From the NCBI GenBank assembly GCA_951406725.2, contig OX597836.1, positions 1-64,000 on the forward strand: 64,000 nucleotides of DNA. Reading direction: 5' to 3'. Source of the stretch: Octopus vulgaris (Eukaryota). The notes beneath the pieces are model-generated. The model was not told the DNA's origin and made no database searches. It was given only the letters and a program-made list of their open reading frames with translations. Shown here in pieces: positions 1-13,343 of this stretch (positions are counted from its first letter, which is position 1; each line of letters opens with the position of its first letter). The position numbers were made by a program, and so were the translations under genes.

Positions 1-2021
<2,021 letters not shown>

Positions 2022-2051
2022 AAAAAGCAATAAAGATTCAAGTTAATTTAA

Positions 2052-3791
2052 ATGAATTTCCTGGAGAATTTTGAGAAAGACTTGCTGAACCTTATAGATG
2101 ATATTAGCTTCAAGGAACACCCGTTAAGGTATAACCCTCACCTTAAACACCTTAGGAACTTTATTCAGTCAACCCGGTGCAAACATGGAATCCTGGTACC
2201 AGCAGATAAAACGGGTAATATGTATAGAGTTGATTACGATATTTATAGCAAATTAATTAGGAAAGAACTAAACTCCAAATATAAAATTACGACCAGGATT
2301 AATTTGAAGAAAGTAAACTTGGAAATGAAAGAGATCATGGAAAAGCTAAATTTAACGGATAGAACGGAGCCACTTAAACCATGTGAGCCCAGGATCAATC
2401 TTAAAGACCACAAAAAGAACTTCTTGGAAAACCCTTCGGTAAGGTTGATCTGTCCAACTAGGTCGGACATTGGCCGACTTAGTAAATCTATCTTGGATAC
2501 TGTTCTACCCCAAATAACCCCTATTCTCCCCTTAAACCTATGGCTAAGTACCGATGAAGTTCTAAAATGGTTTAACTCTCTAACTAATACTAGTAGTCTG
2601 TCCTTTATTCAGTTCGATATTAATAGTTATTACTCTAGCATTTCCCCTATCTTACTCAACAAATCACTAATATTTGCCATGAATCGCTCCCTCATATCTA
2701 GAGAAGAAATCAATATTGTGCTACTAGCTAGGAAGACATTTATAGAATTTGAAGATAAATTATGGACTAGAGCAGATACACCAAATTTTTTTGATATACC
2801 AATGGGTTCCAGTGATTCGGCTGAGGTAACCAACCTAGTAGGCGCATATCTATTAAAATGCATAAGCAGGGATATCCCAGAATTACAGGGGGGTCTATAT
2901 AGGGATGATGCTCTGTTTGTTATCCCTAGTAATAATAAATCTGTTATAGAAAGGATTAGAAAGAAAATTAATAAGTTCTTTAGGGATTTCAACCTCAGTA
3001 TAACGTATGAACCGGGCACTAAAATAGTTAATTTCCTAGATACTACGCTAGACCTTAACTCCAAATTACATTACCCATTTAGAAAGGAAGGTGAAATCAC
3101 GAATTACATAAATAAATTATCAAATCATCCCCCAAATATTATAGAATCTCTAGTAAGAAATATTTCATTAAGAATTTCAAAATTATCATCCAATAAGGAT
3201 ATTTTTAACTCCCATTCTGAGCATTATAATGCGGCGTTAGCTAAGGCTGGATACAACCAAAAGATTACATTCGTTGATAAGGGGAACTCACGTATTCCTA
3301 ATAATGAAGTTATCAATAATCACGTAAGCAGCAATAAAGACCAAGCCCGAAATAAAAGTAGAATTAAACTAATGGTAAACACTAATATAGCGTATAGGCC
3401 CAACAATTCAAATAGAAACATTGACCAGAACATAGGTAACTCGGATAGTATTGAAGTAGATAAACCTAAGATACACACAAATAAAAATAAAAATAATGGT
3501 AACAAATACAATAACTCCGGTGAGATGAATAGTAATAATTCTACGAACCCTAAATTTAATAAAAAAGATATATTATGGCTGAATATTCCGTTCAACTGTG
3601 CGATACAATCGGATATACAGAACAAATTCAAAGTGATTCTGGAAAGAAATTTCCCTATCTCTCATAGATATCATAGAATTATTTCTAGGAAAACAGTTAG
3701 GATTTCTTATTCAACCCTCCCAAATATGTCCACTTTAATAGCTAAGATTAATAATAACAACATTAAACTAGCCAGGAAAGATAGAAATATA

Positions 3792-3822
<31 letters not shown>

Positions 3823-4700
3823 TCAGCATGAATACCAATAGCAATTGTAATAATACTACCAACAATAAAAGCAGCAATAGTAACTATCAAAACATAGGTG
3901 AAATTAGTAACCACAGAATGACTAATAACATTAACATTAATAGTAATAATAGCAATGCCGATATTAGTAGAAGTAATAATGTTAATAATAGAAATAATAG
4001 AAATAGGGAAAATAGAGAAAATAAGGAGAATGAAAATATTAGTGATATCTATAACAACAATATGCAGCCGGATAAAAAGACTAGCAATAATATTAACATT
4101 ACCAATAATATAAGAAATCATGGTAGGACTTTAGATCTAAATAATGAATCAGAAGGATCAAGAAATAATAGCAACACTTTAGATATCAGAACCAACTATA
4201 GAAATGATAATCAAAATAATAGGAACCTAAAACATCTACCCAAGAATAATCCAAAGCCTGAAGGTGTTCCTCCTGTGTGTAAATGTAGAATAAAATCAAA
4301 ATGCCCGGCACCTGGTCTATGTGGAGAAAATAATGTAATCTATAAATGTACCATATCCACGGAGAATAACAAATATCATTACATTGGATGTACAATAAAT
4401 TTTTTAGCTAGAGTTAGAAATCACATCTCGACTTTTAAATTACGTCATAAAGCTGGTACCACCACACTTTCAAACAAAATCTGGGAACTCAAAAATAATA
4501 ATAAAAATTATAACCTTAATTGGGAAATAGTTAGGAGAGCAATTCCGTATAAAAATAGTAGGGTTGGTTGCCAACTATGCTCCATGGAGACATATGAAAT
4601 TCTAAAGCATAGAAAGCATACAAACCTATTGAATAACCATATCGAGCTAGGTCAAGTTTGTGTCCACGCTAAATTAAAGACTTTAAAATATTTTAAATGA
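2052..4700 (+). CDS. Penelope-like (Naiad-type) reverse transcriptase with C-terminal GIY-YIG endonuclease, 882 aa
   Basis: PADKT N-terminal motif; QFDINSYYSSI (first catalytic Asp); IPMGS; GGLYRDD catalytic motif (2898-2909); NFLDTTL; SNHPP thumb; CKC-x5-CP-x4-C linker; VIY...YIG (4335-4388); CQLC..E and C-terminal CVH. No internal stops. Confidence 0.93.
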
Positions 4701-5447
4701 TTAGAATATTTGTAACTAGATAGATTGATATAACCTGTTTTCTACTGGTATAGCACTGCTTTAAGTAGATAAATAAGAGTTCTCAAACTACAGTTATCTT
4801 TGTCCTATATCTGCATCAGTTTTTTGAGAACAGGGAAATGGATAGCACTTATTCGCTGCTTAATTGAGGCTTTATTTAATTTCAAACTCACAACTTTTAA
4901 ATTTTTTTAAATTCTTAATTTTAAATCTTAATTGTAATTTTTAATTTTAGTTCCCAACTTAATCTAATTTGGTTAGTATAACTCTAATTAATTAGAATGA
5001 GTTGCTATAGACCCATAATTCTACTTCAAATTTAAATAAATGAGACTATTCCCTCGGTGATAATATGATTATCTTCATTATGATAGACAATCCCCTAACA
5101 CCTTTTAAATGATCTTCTAAGACTTGACCTGTAGTCCGTCAATGTATGAATAATAACGGCAACTCCTTAAGACAATAAAATGAATAAATTAAATAAGTAA
5201 ATTTTAATGACTTTTTGATAAGATCATACCTAGTTTTCCCTAATGTATTTTCTGATGATTTTAGCATCTGACCCCGAAACCCCTAACTGTGTTATCTCTT
5301 TAGATTCTCTTTAAATTCATAGCTGGTTTCAACAGCAATAAATTAGCTGTTTTAACTGGTCAAAGAATAATATTCTCCCCTAATTCCTAGATGCCTGTAA
5401 GCTAAAACCAGACTTGTCGTCTACTAATTCTTCCGTATAAGTAGAAT

Positions 5448-5700
5448 CTTTTTTTTTCTTTTTCTTTCTTCTTTCTTCTTTTTCTTTTTTTCTTTTTTTT
5501 CTTCTTTTTCTCTTTTTTTTCCCTTCCTTCCCTATTTCTTTCTCTTTTCTCTTTTTTCTTTTTCTTCTTCTTATCCTCTTTTTCCTTTTCTCTTCTCTTT
5601 GAGTCCCCCTTTCCCCCCTCCCTTTTTTGCTCCCTCCTCTTTTATTTTCTCTCTATTTTATTTTCTCTCTTCTCTTCTATGCCCTTCCCTCTTCTATTCT
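5448..5700 (+). repeat. Polypyrimidine (T/C) low-complexity tract in the 3' region of the Penelope-like element
   Basis: About 250 nt almost entirely T/C. Confidence 0.85.
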
Positions 5701-6256
5701 ATACAGCTCTAGTAAGCTCTTCAGCCTTAAAAATCAAATAGCTACAGCCTCTTGTAAATAGCAGTAATCTGATTAATGTGACAAATACCTATTCATATAG
5801 CAAGATTTGATACCTACCTCATTGTGTTCAACCATTGATAAATTTATCGCAGGTGAATATGAAATTCCTTGGAAATTTACACCTACACCATTGGAAATTG
5901 TGCATCTATACAAAGGATTAACTCACCCTCTCTGTAATGCTAATAAGCAGGAATTGAAACCCACCTCGTTATAATTGACAATGGATAAATTTGCTTTCTG
6001 TGAGTATGTAACCCCTCATCATATCTCTGGAAATTCATATGTGCACTGTGGATCGGGTCACCTTCTCTGTGATGCTATTAAGACTTTTTGAAATTCTGTG
6101 ATGCTATTAAGACTTTTTTGAAATTCTGTAATAAGACTGTAAATCATCTTTAAAGAACTTTAATGAACTTTTGAAATCTGTTTATGTTATTTAATTATCT
6201 ACATTACTTCATGAGTATAGCCTCAACCACTAGGATGTCTAGAGAACTCACATGTA

Positions 6257-6347
6257 TTTTAGCTGATGAGTACGGGACATGTTTATATGCTGTAATTTTT
6301 GCAACTTTTAATAAAACCTGTCCTTGTATGAAACGATCGTACTAAAA
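6257..6347 (+). ncRNA. Type I hammerhead ribozyme with short palindromic stem III
   Basis: Stem I ttttag(6257-62)/ctaaaa(6342-47); core CTGATGA (6263-69); stem II gtacgggaca.../...tgtccttgtat; GAAAC (6330-34); palindromic acgatcgt; cleavage triplet GTA (6339-41). Confidence 0.88.
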
Positions 6348-6378
6348 ACCTATCCATTCTTGTTGCTTCATTCTCGCA

Positions 6379-6872
<494 letters not shown>

Positions 6873-6916
6873 AAAAAATGAAGTTCGAAAATGCTGCTGT
6901 ATTATACAATTTTTAA

Positions 6917-6987
6917 TTTTTATATATACATTATAACATGTTTCAGTTCCTGAAATGAACCTTATCAAAAAAAGTTATATATAAAAA
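6917..6987 (-). ncRNA. Putative minimal hammerhead variant (U3:A8 core)
   Basis: Minus strand reads TTGATAA-ggttc-atttcag-gaact-GAAAC-at-GTT-A. Stem II pairs and stem III is palindromic (aacatgtt), but the proximal stem I pairs poorly. Confidence 0.4.
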
Positions 6988-7296
6988 GAGACAGCTCATG
7001 CCGTCAAACACAAGAAATTCATTTATAATACACAACCGAGTCAGACATCTTAGATTTCATGTATAGTTGATATATAGTTCATGTATAGTTGATATATAGT
7101 TTGAAGTATATTTCAAAGTGTTCGATGCAGTGTCCCACGGTGGCGATACGTATTCAATACAAGAAACAGATCAAAGTGGTGGAAAGCGGTCAATACAGAA
7201 GATTGATGTTTCCGAAAGAGCGAGGAATTCATTTTTACCTTAAGCAATTGTGATGACCCATGGTGGAAGTTCGCTGGGTTCTATATATATATATAT

Positions 7297-7530
7297 GTTT
7301 TTGTTTTTGTTTTGTTTTTGTTTTTCCAGTTTCAGCTCTTGAGCTGTGGCCATGTTGGGGCACCGCCATTGTGGTGAAAGAGTACAGCAGGGATCACCAC
7401 CCCCTGCCGGAGCCTCGTAGAGCTTTTAGGTGTTTTCGCTCAATAAACACACACAACGCCCGGTCTGAGAATCGAAACCGCGATCCTGCGACCGCGAGTC
7501 CGCTGCCCTAACCACTAGGCCATTGCGCCT
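7297..7530 (-). mobile_element. tRNA-derived SINE
   Basis: Minus strand: A box TGGCCTAGTGG, B-box-like GGTTTCGATTC, 3' tail ggcggtgccccaacatggccacagc...gctgaaac followed by (AAAAAC)n. Confidence 0.75.
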
Positions 7531-7534
7531 CTAC

Positions 7535-7577
<43 letters not shown>

Positions 7578-7639
7578 CATACGTATATATATACATACAT
7601 ATATATATATATACATACATATATATATATACATATACA

Positions 7640-8033
7640 CTAGCAGTATCGCCCGGCGTTGCTCGCGTTTGTAAGGGAAATAATTATATAAGCATTTTTA
7701 GAGATGTATAGTATAAAAGCCATCTCAATATGGCTAACCACAAAGGGGGAGGGGTGTTACTGTAGCTTTTTACGTTCTGAGATTTAATAATAAATTTTAG
7801 AGAGTTACTTCCCTTATATATGTCAAAAATGGATTAAAAATGGGAAAAATTGATGGTAAATTTTTTTTTAAATCATAGACTCATCGTAGACGCGCGCTAA
7901 TACCCAGAGGTCTCGATATGCATCACGACCATAAGATACCCGGTTTTGGTTAAACTGCACCTCAAAATGTGGGAGTAGTTAGGAATCTAAATCGTAGGAG
8001 ACAGACACACAACCTCACTTTTATATATAAAGA
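7640..8033 (-). mobile_element. Non-autonomous Helitron
   Basis: Minus strand 5' TCTTTATATATAAAA... and 3' ...gcaacgccgggcgatactgCTAG; homologous to 12660-13294. Confidence 0.75.
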
Positions 8034-8201
8034 TTTCCTCTATTTACATAATATTGAGGTCTCTTTCTTTCTTTTGTTATCTTACTGTTTTTACCAATAT
8101 ACATATATATATATATATATATATAAATATATATATAGTTACAGAGATGTACTTGCATAGCAAGTGACTTGATCTGAGATCGTGTGATGGAACGAAAACA
8201 G

Positions 8202-8460
8202 TTGCAGCGTTGAAGGTGTTTATAAGCCATTTAAGAAACACACAAAAACCGTTAGATTCACTTCAACATTTAAATTTAATTTGTCAAAATATTTTCGTCG
8301 CTTTGAGACCGCGACCTGTTAGCACGATATTTTTGTCAGTGAACAGGTCGCGGTCTCAAAGTGAGGAAAATATTTTGGCAAATTAAATTTAAATGTTGAA
8401 GTGAATCTAACGGTTTTTGTGTGTTTCTTAAATGGCTTACAAACACCTTCCACGCTGCAA
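8202..8460. repeat. Long inverted repeat (about 119-bp arms, 21-nt spacer) containing a hammerhead-like motif
   Basis: 8202-8320 is the reverse complement of 8342-8460 with few mismatches; (TA)n on the right and nearby on the left. Confidence 0.9.
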
Positions 8461-8480
8461 TATATATATACACATATATA

Positions 8481-8511
<31 letters not shown>

Positions 8512-8824
8512 GTGTATATGTGTATGTGTGTGTGTGTGCGTGTCTGTGCTTGTGATTGTCCTCCACCACTGCTTGACAACGAATGTTGGTTTGTTTACAT
8601 CCCTGTCACCTAGTGGTTTGACAAAGGAAACAGATAGAATAAGTACAATGCTTACAAAAATAAAACTGGAGTTGATTCATTAAACTACAATTCTTCAAGG
8701 CATTGCCCCAGCATGGCCATAGACCAATGGCTGGAAAAAGCAGAAGAATAAAAGAATGCATTCTCTGCTTTGGTCTTATGTTCAAGGCATGAGAAAGCTT
8801 GAGTTTACATGAGAAGGCCTAACA

Positions 8825-9100
8825 GACCTGGTAGAAACAGCAGCCAAATCTCCCTGAAATCACACCTTACTGTCTTATGTATGTATATATATATGAGCCA
8901 ATGAGGCGGACCTCTACATGGTAGCTAGACCTGGTAGAAATAGCAGCCAAATTTCCCCCAAATCACACCTTACTGTCTTATCTATGTATATATGTATGTA
9001 TGAGCCTATGAGGGAGACCCCTACATGGCAGCTAGACATGGTAGAAATAGCAGCCAAATCTCCCTCAAATCACACCTTACTGTCTTATGTATGTATATAT
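8825..9100. repeat. Tandem repeat, about 105-110 bp unit, about 2.7 copies
   Basis: Recurrent gac(c/a)tggtagaaa(c/t)agcagccaaat...aaatcacaccttactgtctta at about 8825, 8928 and 9035. Confidence 0.85.
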
Positions 9101-9112
9101 ATATACAAGCCA

Positions 9113-9575
9113 CTACGGTTATTTAATGTAAAGTCTTCCTCAAATCACTCTCGCTATTTACTCTCTTCCAAGAACATTTTCACTCACTCTTATCTCTTAG
9201 CTTGCCATACATTTTACTCATGTATCTATCAGCGTGATAGACAGAAACAAATATTACATCGCCATCGCATTCTATTGTCAACCTGTCAACACACACACAG
9301 TGAATTAGTTTCATTTTATTCGTTGCACACTGTGTGTGTGCGTTTGTGTGTGCTGTAAACCAGACTAAGAAAAGCATTTGACATACACACCAGAATGTGA
9401 GTTTTCTGTAAATTTTGCTTAATTGGAGTTTAAATTTTAAAAACTGGACCTGGCATGACCCGATGCATTCTACTCTTAAAAATGCTAGGTAAATTGTAAT
9501 TGAAGAAATCCTATATTGTAGATTTCTATAAGTGACAAAGGGAGGCAGATAAAATCTGCCTTTTATAATAAGAGA
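9113..9575 (-). mobile_element. Helitron-like 5' fragment (inverted copy of 11338-11762)
   Basis: Reverse complement begins TCTCTTATTATAAAAGGCAGATTTTATCTGCC and matches 11338-11762. Confidence 0.65.
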
Positions 9576-9978
9576 TATATATACATAATAAACCTTTACA
9601 TAAATAAATAACGTGAAATACACGAAGGGACGAACAAAAAGACAAACAGGTCATTCAAAGCCTTCATTCTTCAGTCAGAAACTGATCCCTCATCGCAGAT
9701 TTCGGCTGTTTAATTCTGAGATCCGCTCTGAATCAGCCAGCCACAGAAGGAAAGAATGCATACATACATATATATATATATATATGTATATACATATATA
9801 CATACATATATGTATGTGTATACATATATATGTATATGTATATACAGCAATAAGAAAATGGAGGGGATCAGGAGGTGCTAGTCATCAACTTTTAGAGATT
9901 ATATTATGTCGATTTATTTATTTTTTAAAAACCATTATAACAATATACATTGACCTATAACATATTATGCTTTACATA

Positions 9979-10350
9979 TCTCTCTATATATAAACAGCAA
10001 AATGTCTGTGTGTGTGTGTGTGTGTGAGTGTCCTTTATATAAATCCACAATTTTTCAGTTAGAGGGCTCGCACTTTCTATGGTCATTCAAAACCGCCCAA
10101 GGGTGGTCGTGCACATCTTTACATTTCCCCAGTCACCCTGCAAAGCCATTAAAAAATCAATAGAAGTGACTTTTTTGTGAATTTTCTATCCAAAACTCAA
10201 TCAAAATGCCTGAAACCCTATACGCCAATTGAATGCCAGCTAGCTGTATGTGATTGGTCAGAGATTTGGACAGTACTCGCATTCATGTGCGCATGCACAC
10301 AGCCGTATATGCATGCACTATGACCTGGCGTTGCCGGGTCATAGTACTAG
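9979..10350 (+). mobile_element. Non-autonomous Helitron
   Basis: 5' TC(TC)TATATATAAA, internal (TG)n, subterminal hairpin atgacctggc..gccgggtcat, 3' CTAG followed by T. Confidence 0.75.
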
Positions 10351-11337
10351 TATAATATATAGAACTATAAAAATACCAGTAATTATTAAAATATATAATG
10401 TAAAGCATAGGAAGTAGAATAGTATCTTACAGGTGTTTCAGCCAAGAGGTCATGGTACCCCACTTTACTTCCATCTCTTCAGTGAACTGAAGTATTTGGT
10501 AGATAAGATTAAGGTATCTATATATATATTAGTATTTTAGGTTACAGTAATATTACTAAGAGGGTATTGTTTTAATAGACTGCATATGAAAGATAAGTTA
10601 TTACAAATTTATTTAAAAAAAAAAAAACAGTATATAATAATGTATGTATCTGTCTAATTAGGGGAATCATTTGTATATTTACTTAACCATACAGGTGATA
10701 TAGGGTTAAAATCATATGTTGTAGGTCACTCAGACCAAATTCAAATAAGGAACAAAAGACCAAAAGTGACCGCATAAATTGTTTCACTAAGTTGTTATTA
10801 TTGCTAAAATTGTGCTTAAAAAGTATTCTCCAATAAAATGCATTAATTGTAATTCTTCATGCAACAGTGTTGTTACTAAATTAATGAACCAGCTCAATAT
10901 ATATCCTTATAAATCCTCTTTTATACATACCTACATATTACTAAGTTGTTATTTATCGCTAAAATTATGTTTAAAATATATTTTATCTTACAAAATGCCT
11001 CAAATGCAAGACTCAGTGTAATAGTGTTGAGTCAATTAATGAATCAATCAGTAATTCAGTCCTTTAAAATATTTATTTGTCTATTCAGTTAATTACTTTT
11101 AATGTTATATTAATGTCTAAAAGTTAATGAATACCACTTCTTGATCCCATCCATGTTCTTATTGCTGTATAAATTAAGGGTAAAACTACTTTTTACCCTC
11201 GTCTATTTATTACATTCAGTAGTGTAATTACCATGCAGTATTCTACCAGCAGTATATTGGATAGATATTATACCTTAGTTGGTTGGATTCACAACCTCTA
11301 ACTCTCTTGGAATTATATATATATATATATATATATA

Positions 11338-11762
11338 TCTCTTATTATAAAAGGCAGATTTTATCTGCCTCCCTTTGGGAGTTATACAAATCTACAATAT
11401 AGGATTTCTTCAATTACAATTTACCTAGCATTTTTAAGAGTAGAATGCATCGCGTCATGCCAGGTCCAGTTTTTAAAATTTAAACTGCAATTAAGCAAAA
11501 TTTACAGAAAACTCACATTCTGGTGTGTGTGTCAAATGCTTTTCTTAGTCTGGTTTACACCACACGCAAACGCACACACACAGTGGGCAACGAATAAAGT
11601 GAAACTAGATGTAATATTTGTATCTCTCTATCACGCTGATAGATACATGAGTAAAATGTATGGGAAGCTAACACATAAGAGTGAGTGAAAATGTTCTTGG
11701 AAGAGAGTAAATAGCCAGAGATAGTGATTTGAGGAAGACTTTACAATAAATAACCGTAGTGG
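11338..11762 (+). mobile_element. Helitron-like 5' fragment
   Basis: Starts TCTCTTATTATAAAAGG after a (TA)n run; homologous to 9113-9575. Confidence 0.65.
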
Positions 11763-11889
11763 CTTGTGTTAGTAATAAAGTAAACATACACTCATACATA
11801 CATACATACATACATACATACATACATACATACATACATACATACATACACACACACACATACATACATACACACACACATACATACAC

Positions 11890-11950
<61 letters not shown>

Positions 11951-12208
11951 GTATTGAAGCTTCAGAACAATCAGATACATTTGCAACACATCTGTTGAAA
12001 ATATTATTGTTCACACACATACATATACATATATATATACAGACAGACAGACAGATAGACACACACACACACACACATGATTCAGCATGGCCACAACCTC
12101 AAGGCTGAAACATATAAAAGAATAACAGAATATAAATGTGTGCATGTGTGTGAGAGAGAGAGTGTGTGTGTATATGTATGTATGTATGTATGTATGTATA
12201 TATATATA

Positions 12209-12640
12209 ATAATGCGGTTTTTTCAACAGCTTGAACTAAAAGTCAGAGGGGAATGGGATAAACTACTTATATTAACTTGCTATAAAAGCAGGTAGTAATT
12301 TTATCTTGTCCTTATTCATAGTGCAAGTTTTGAAGAGTGCATTTCGATTTTAACAGCTATTTTTTTCAATGCTATATTGGAACAGCCTAGAAGATGAGCC
12401 TCATCCTGAAAGATCTGTAGAACTCGACAAGGACATCCTGAAAACCCTGGTGGAACAAAATCTCATCGTAACTGTTGAGGAACTAGCAGAGAAGCTTGGA
12501 TTTGGTCATTCAACCATTCATTGAGACCTGTGTGCTATCAGAAAAGTCAGCAAATTGGGTCAATGGGTTCCTCACGAACTTTCCGAGTCTAATTGCATGC
12601 AGAGAGTGAATGTATGCTTTTCTTTGCTGTCACATCTCAC
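12209..12640 (+). mobile_element. Mariner transposase relic
   Basis: Hand translation from about 12384: SLEDEPHP..VELDKDILKTLVEQN..VTVEELAEKLGFGHSTIH*DL..KLGQWVPHEL (HTH plus WVPHEL motif, internal stop). Confidence 0.85.
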
Positions 12641-12659
12641 CATTACTGCGCTATGTATA

Positions 12660-13293
12660 TCTATATATATAAAACTGTAGGTGTGTGAGTGTCTGTCCCC
12701 TTCGATTTAGATTCCTAACTACTCCCACATTTTGCGGTGCAGTTTAACCAAATTCGGGTAGCTTATAGTCGTGATTCATATCGAGCCCGTCTGAGTATTA
12801 GCGCGCGTCTACGATGAGTCTACGATTTTAAAAATAATTTAACATCATTTTTTATTCCATTTTAATGCATAATTTTTCGTGTATCGATGGCGGCGGAGTT
12901 GGCGTCCACGCTCACACCTGCACCTGTGGGGAAGGGAGTGCAAGGAAATCAACGTCGTAATGCGTTGTCAAGGAGACCAGCGTTCTTTTAGAACAACGAC
13001 TTCATGGCTTGAAGACACCAAAACAGAAATGGCTAAGAAAGCGTCTACATGAGTCTACGATTTAAAAAAAAATTTACCATCGTTTTTTCCCCATTTTAAT
13101 GCATTTTTTCGCTATTATATAAGGGAAGTAACTCTCTAAAAATGTCTACGATGAGTCAACGATTTAAAAAAAAATTTACCATCATATTTTTTCCATTTTT
13201 AATGCATTTTTTGCTATTTTTTGGCTATAACTCTAAAAATGCTTATATAGTTATTTCCCTTACAAACCCGAGCAACGCCGGGCGATACTGCTA

Positions 13294-13294
<1 letters not shown>
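12660..13294 (+). mobile_element. Non-autonomous Helitron
   Basis: 5' TCTATATATATAAAA, 3' hairpin cccgagcaacgccggg then CTAG; inserted between A and T. Confidence 0.8.

Positions 13295-13343
<49 letters not shown>

Larger units (their letters stand above)
2022..6378 (+). mobile_element. Penelope-like retroelement (Naiad-type), probably 5'-truncated, inserted in (TA)n
   Basis: Unique sequence bounded on both sides by (TA)n. It contains the RT+GIY-YIG ORF, then about 1.7 kb of 3' region (pLTR-like) ending in a hammerhead motif. Confidence 0.9.

Noticed and set aside
4270-4700. Selenoprotein-type Naiad (UGA-encoded Sec in the endonuclease region)
   Set aside because: Some Naiads use Sec, but this ORF has no in-frame TGA before its terminal stop; the Cys positions are ordinary codons.
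5252-5290. CTGATGA...GAAAC second hammerhead in the Naiad 3' region
   Set aside because: No convincing stem I or stem II pairing.
7440-7530. tRNA gene
   Set aside because: The tRNA-like A/B boxes continue into a SINE body and tail; it is a SINE head, not a tRNA.
10420-10495. Minus-strand CTGAAGA...GAAAC..GTA hammerhead-like motif
   Set aside because: Could not pair stems I and II consistently.
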